This document shows, piece after piece, positions 39,998-42,274 of a stretch of 42,274 bases of DNA (within the stretch, counting starts at the first letter, position 1; every line of letters starts with the position of its first letter). The notes below the pieces were generated by a model, which was given only the letters and a program-made list of their open reading frames with translations, made no database searches and had not been told where the DNA came from. Source of the DNA: Seison nebaliae (taxonomy: Eukaryota); NCBI GenBank assembly GCA_023231475.1, contig JALJEE010003095.1, positions 1 through 42,274 of the forward strand, written 5' to 3'. The translations under genes were made by a program, and so were the position numbers.

Positions 39998-40106
39998 GCT
40001 CTTCACTATTCTTCTTTGCTTCCATCGATTTACAGAGTTTTTTTTGATGTGATTTGTTAAATGATCGTAGTTCATAGCTGAATCTTCTAATAAACATTAT
40101 TTATCG

Positions 40107-41594
40107 CTAACTATCACCAGGTCGATTACAATTACACAACTTCTCCCAACATTCACATGATACTCCTATGTAGGAATTCTCAAATGTGTAACAATTCGTA
40201 CAAGGATCGTCACTCTCCTCTCTCGGATAATATGGTGGATTATATTTCTGATAATGCACAAACGAATAAATTGCACAAGCATACACTCGAGCATTCTGAC
40301 AGATTGCTGCCGAACAACCAATTCGTGCTGTTCCCTGATAAATTATCTGAAGATACATTCGATATTTAGTATTCCTATTTCTTTCATAAACATAATTTTC
40401 GGCGCCATGACGGATCATTTTTAAAAAATTATCTTCTATCGGAAGATCGAAATCGCGCACTTTAAATGTAAAAATCGGTATTTCTTGAAGATCAGGGTCC
40501 GATACCGTTGTATATAGATCACCGTCTGTAGTGCTCGTAATACAATGACTTGTCATTTTGACGGCGAGAGCTTCCAAATACATATCATAATGAACCATTC
40601 GCATTTGAGTGGCATGCACTCGTCTACGTTCATCGTTAATTAAAACCATCAATTCTAATCTCGTTGAATCAGTTAGCGGAATAGTTTCCAAAAATGAAGG
40701 TCTCGGTTCAGAACAACCAATGTGGGCCTGTGTAAGTTTAAAGGATTTACAAAGTTCTTCAAAATTTGTAGGTTGCATCGATTTCATTATTTTATATGGA
40801 ACTGTCGTTAAAACTCTTCTCGTCGTAGTCGTCGTGGTAGTAGTAGTTGTTGTCGTTGTTGTCGTTGTCGTCGTTGTTGTCGTCGTCGTCGTCGTCGTGG
40901 TAGTAGTAGTTGTTGTTGTCGTGGTAGTAGTAGTAGTTGTTGTCGTTGTTGTTGTTGTTGTCGTTGTCGTCTAAAGAATATAGAAACATATATCAAATAA
41001 ATATATCAGGAAAGTAAAGATATTTCAATAATGTTCGGATATCAGCAAATCGATACGTACGTATACAACTTTCATTTCACACGACATTTACACGATTACT
41101 ACATGATAATATTTTCATCATCCTTCTGTCAACATCATATTAATTTACTGCATGATAAGTAAAAGGAAGTTAGATATATTAGAGTCTGACATGATATGGC
41201 GGAACAACAGAACATAACGGAAAAACACACAGGAACATAAGTTGAATGACTGCCAGTCTGATTATCTGAAATATTATCTCTATAGATATACAGAGAAGTG
41301 TTCGTTACATCAACTCTCTTCGTCAAAACCATCATTTAATTTCATTATATTCTGGTCAAGGTGTAGTGCTATTTTCTTTTTTACGATAGCATTACTGGCA
41401 TGTCATTCCACCATCATTAAAAATCCTAACAGTAGTTGTTGTTGTCGTTGTTGTGGTAGTAGTAGTTGTTGTTGTTGTCGTTGTTGTGGTCGTTGTAGTT
41501 GTTGTAGTAGTAGTAGTAGTTGTTGTTGTTGTTGTTGTTGTTGTTGTGGTGGTTGTTGTGGTCGTTGTAGTTGTTGTTGTTGTCGTCGTCGTCG

Positions 41595-41631
<37 letters not shown>

Positions 41632-41652
41632 CGTTGTCGTTGTTGTCGTCGT
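40107..41652 (-). CDS. CAP/SCP-domain protein with a mucin-like poly-Thr stalk; exons 41431-41652 and 40107-40970; 5' end not found
   Basis: CAP motifs (N.ERR.V.A..M..V.YD..LE.LA; Q.I......IGC....C) and a Cys-rich tail. The frame continues upstream through ACN (Thr) codons bounded by AG and GT splice sites. Confidence 0.78.
40821..40970 (-). repeat. Coding (ACN)n trinucleotide repeat, about 50 Thr
   Basis: Continuous NGT triplets on the plus strand, which read ACN on the minus strand. Confidence 0.92.
41431..41652 (-). repeat. Coding (ACN)n trinucleotide repeat, about 74 Thr
   Basis: 222 nt of NGT triplets, bounded exactly by TTTTAG and GTTAGG on the minus strand. Confidence 0.92.
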
Positions 41653-42274
41653 CTAAAAGGAACAATAGTGTCAGTGGGACTTTTTATCTTCATTTCATAA
41701 TTAACTTCACTTGGTTAAATATTGTTTAATCGACGATTAATGTACGTATTACATACAAATTTTGATGTCAGATAATTCATTCATATTACAATAAATAATT
41801 GAAAGTTACAAGTCCAAACATTATGCACAATAGTACCAATATGAAATAGCAATAAGATTAAGTTAGTAGGATAACCAAAGCAAAAACTGTTTTATAACTC
41901 TACATATTTAGAAACAATACAATTGATACTACATTTTCAAATAGCTATGCACAACTGTGCAGAATTTACTGGGAAACAGAAGATATCCCCGAAATTTCTC
42001 TTTACTAAGCATCTTTCTCTCCCCATTATTAGATTTGGCATTGAAAAAATTGGGGATAGCTTCCTTTGTTTCATATTTTTTGAAGGAAAAGATAACTTCC
42101 TACAATCGAGATTACTCTACTATACCACTACCGGGGGAGAAGGACATAAGAGCCACGAGACTCTGTAAATTTTGGAAAACAAAAATCCAGACATAACAAT
42201 CCTATACAGCTGTGTAGCTATATATATATTTTATTATTATTTTATTAATAAATTTCAGAAAATCAAAGTCTGCG

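Noticed and set aside
40609..41700. Poly-Val, poly-Cys, poly-Gln and poly-Asn ORFs in the track
   Set aside because: These are alternative frames of the (ACN)n repeat. Only the Thr frame joins the CAP domain and matches splice sites.
41923..42196. Overlapping plus-strand ORFs near the window end (possible transposon remnant or CAP 5' exon)
   Set aside because: No recognisable motif, and all three minus-strand frames contain stops.

Overview
This is AT-rich, very gene-dense animal nuclear DNA in the standard genetic code, with many tiny introns (mostly 41-66 nt), so the ORF track fragments most genes. A compact-genome invertebrate, probably spiralian, is my inference and is not proven. Manual splicing gives about 19 genes: stomatin (partial), a two-domain small HSP with an HSE/TATA promoter, a Zn-finger/vWA protein, SRR1-like, spartin, an unknown Ser/Asn-rich protein, glycerol kinase, PACRG, EGR, MOB3, LMBR1-like, a TRBP/PACT/Loqs-like dsRBD protein, two divergent DEG/ENaC channels flanking a hidden 76-aa membrane microprotein, ERV1/GFER, ICT1, NAE1 and a poly-Thr CAP/SCP protein. 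The most striking signal is the 5' splice site. Essentially all of the ~40 introns I could place start GTT rather than the usual GTR(AGT), with little consensus at +4..+6, which suggests altered donor recognition. Other highlights are a 9-nt microexon at a DEG/ENaC gate, a channel lacking the HG motif, and exons made purely of Thr codons. All gene models and family calls were made by eye, without searches.
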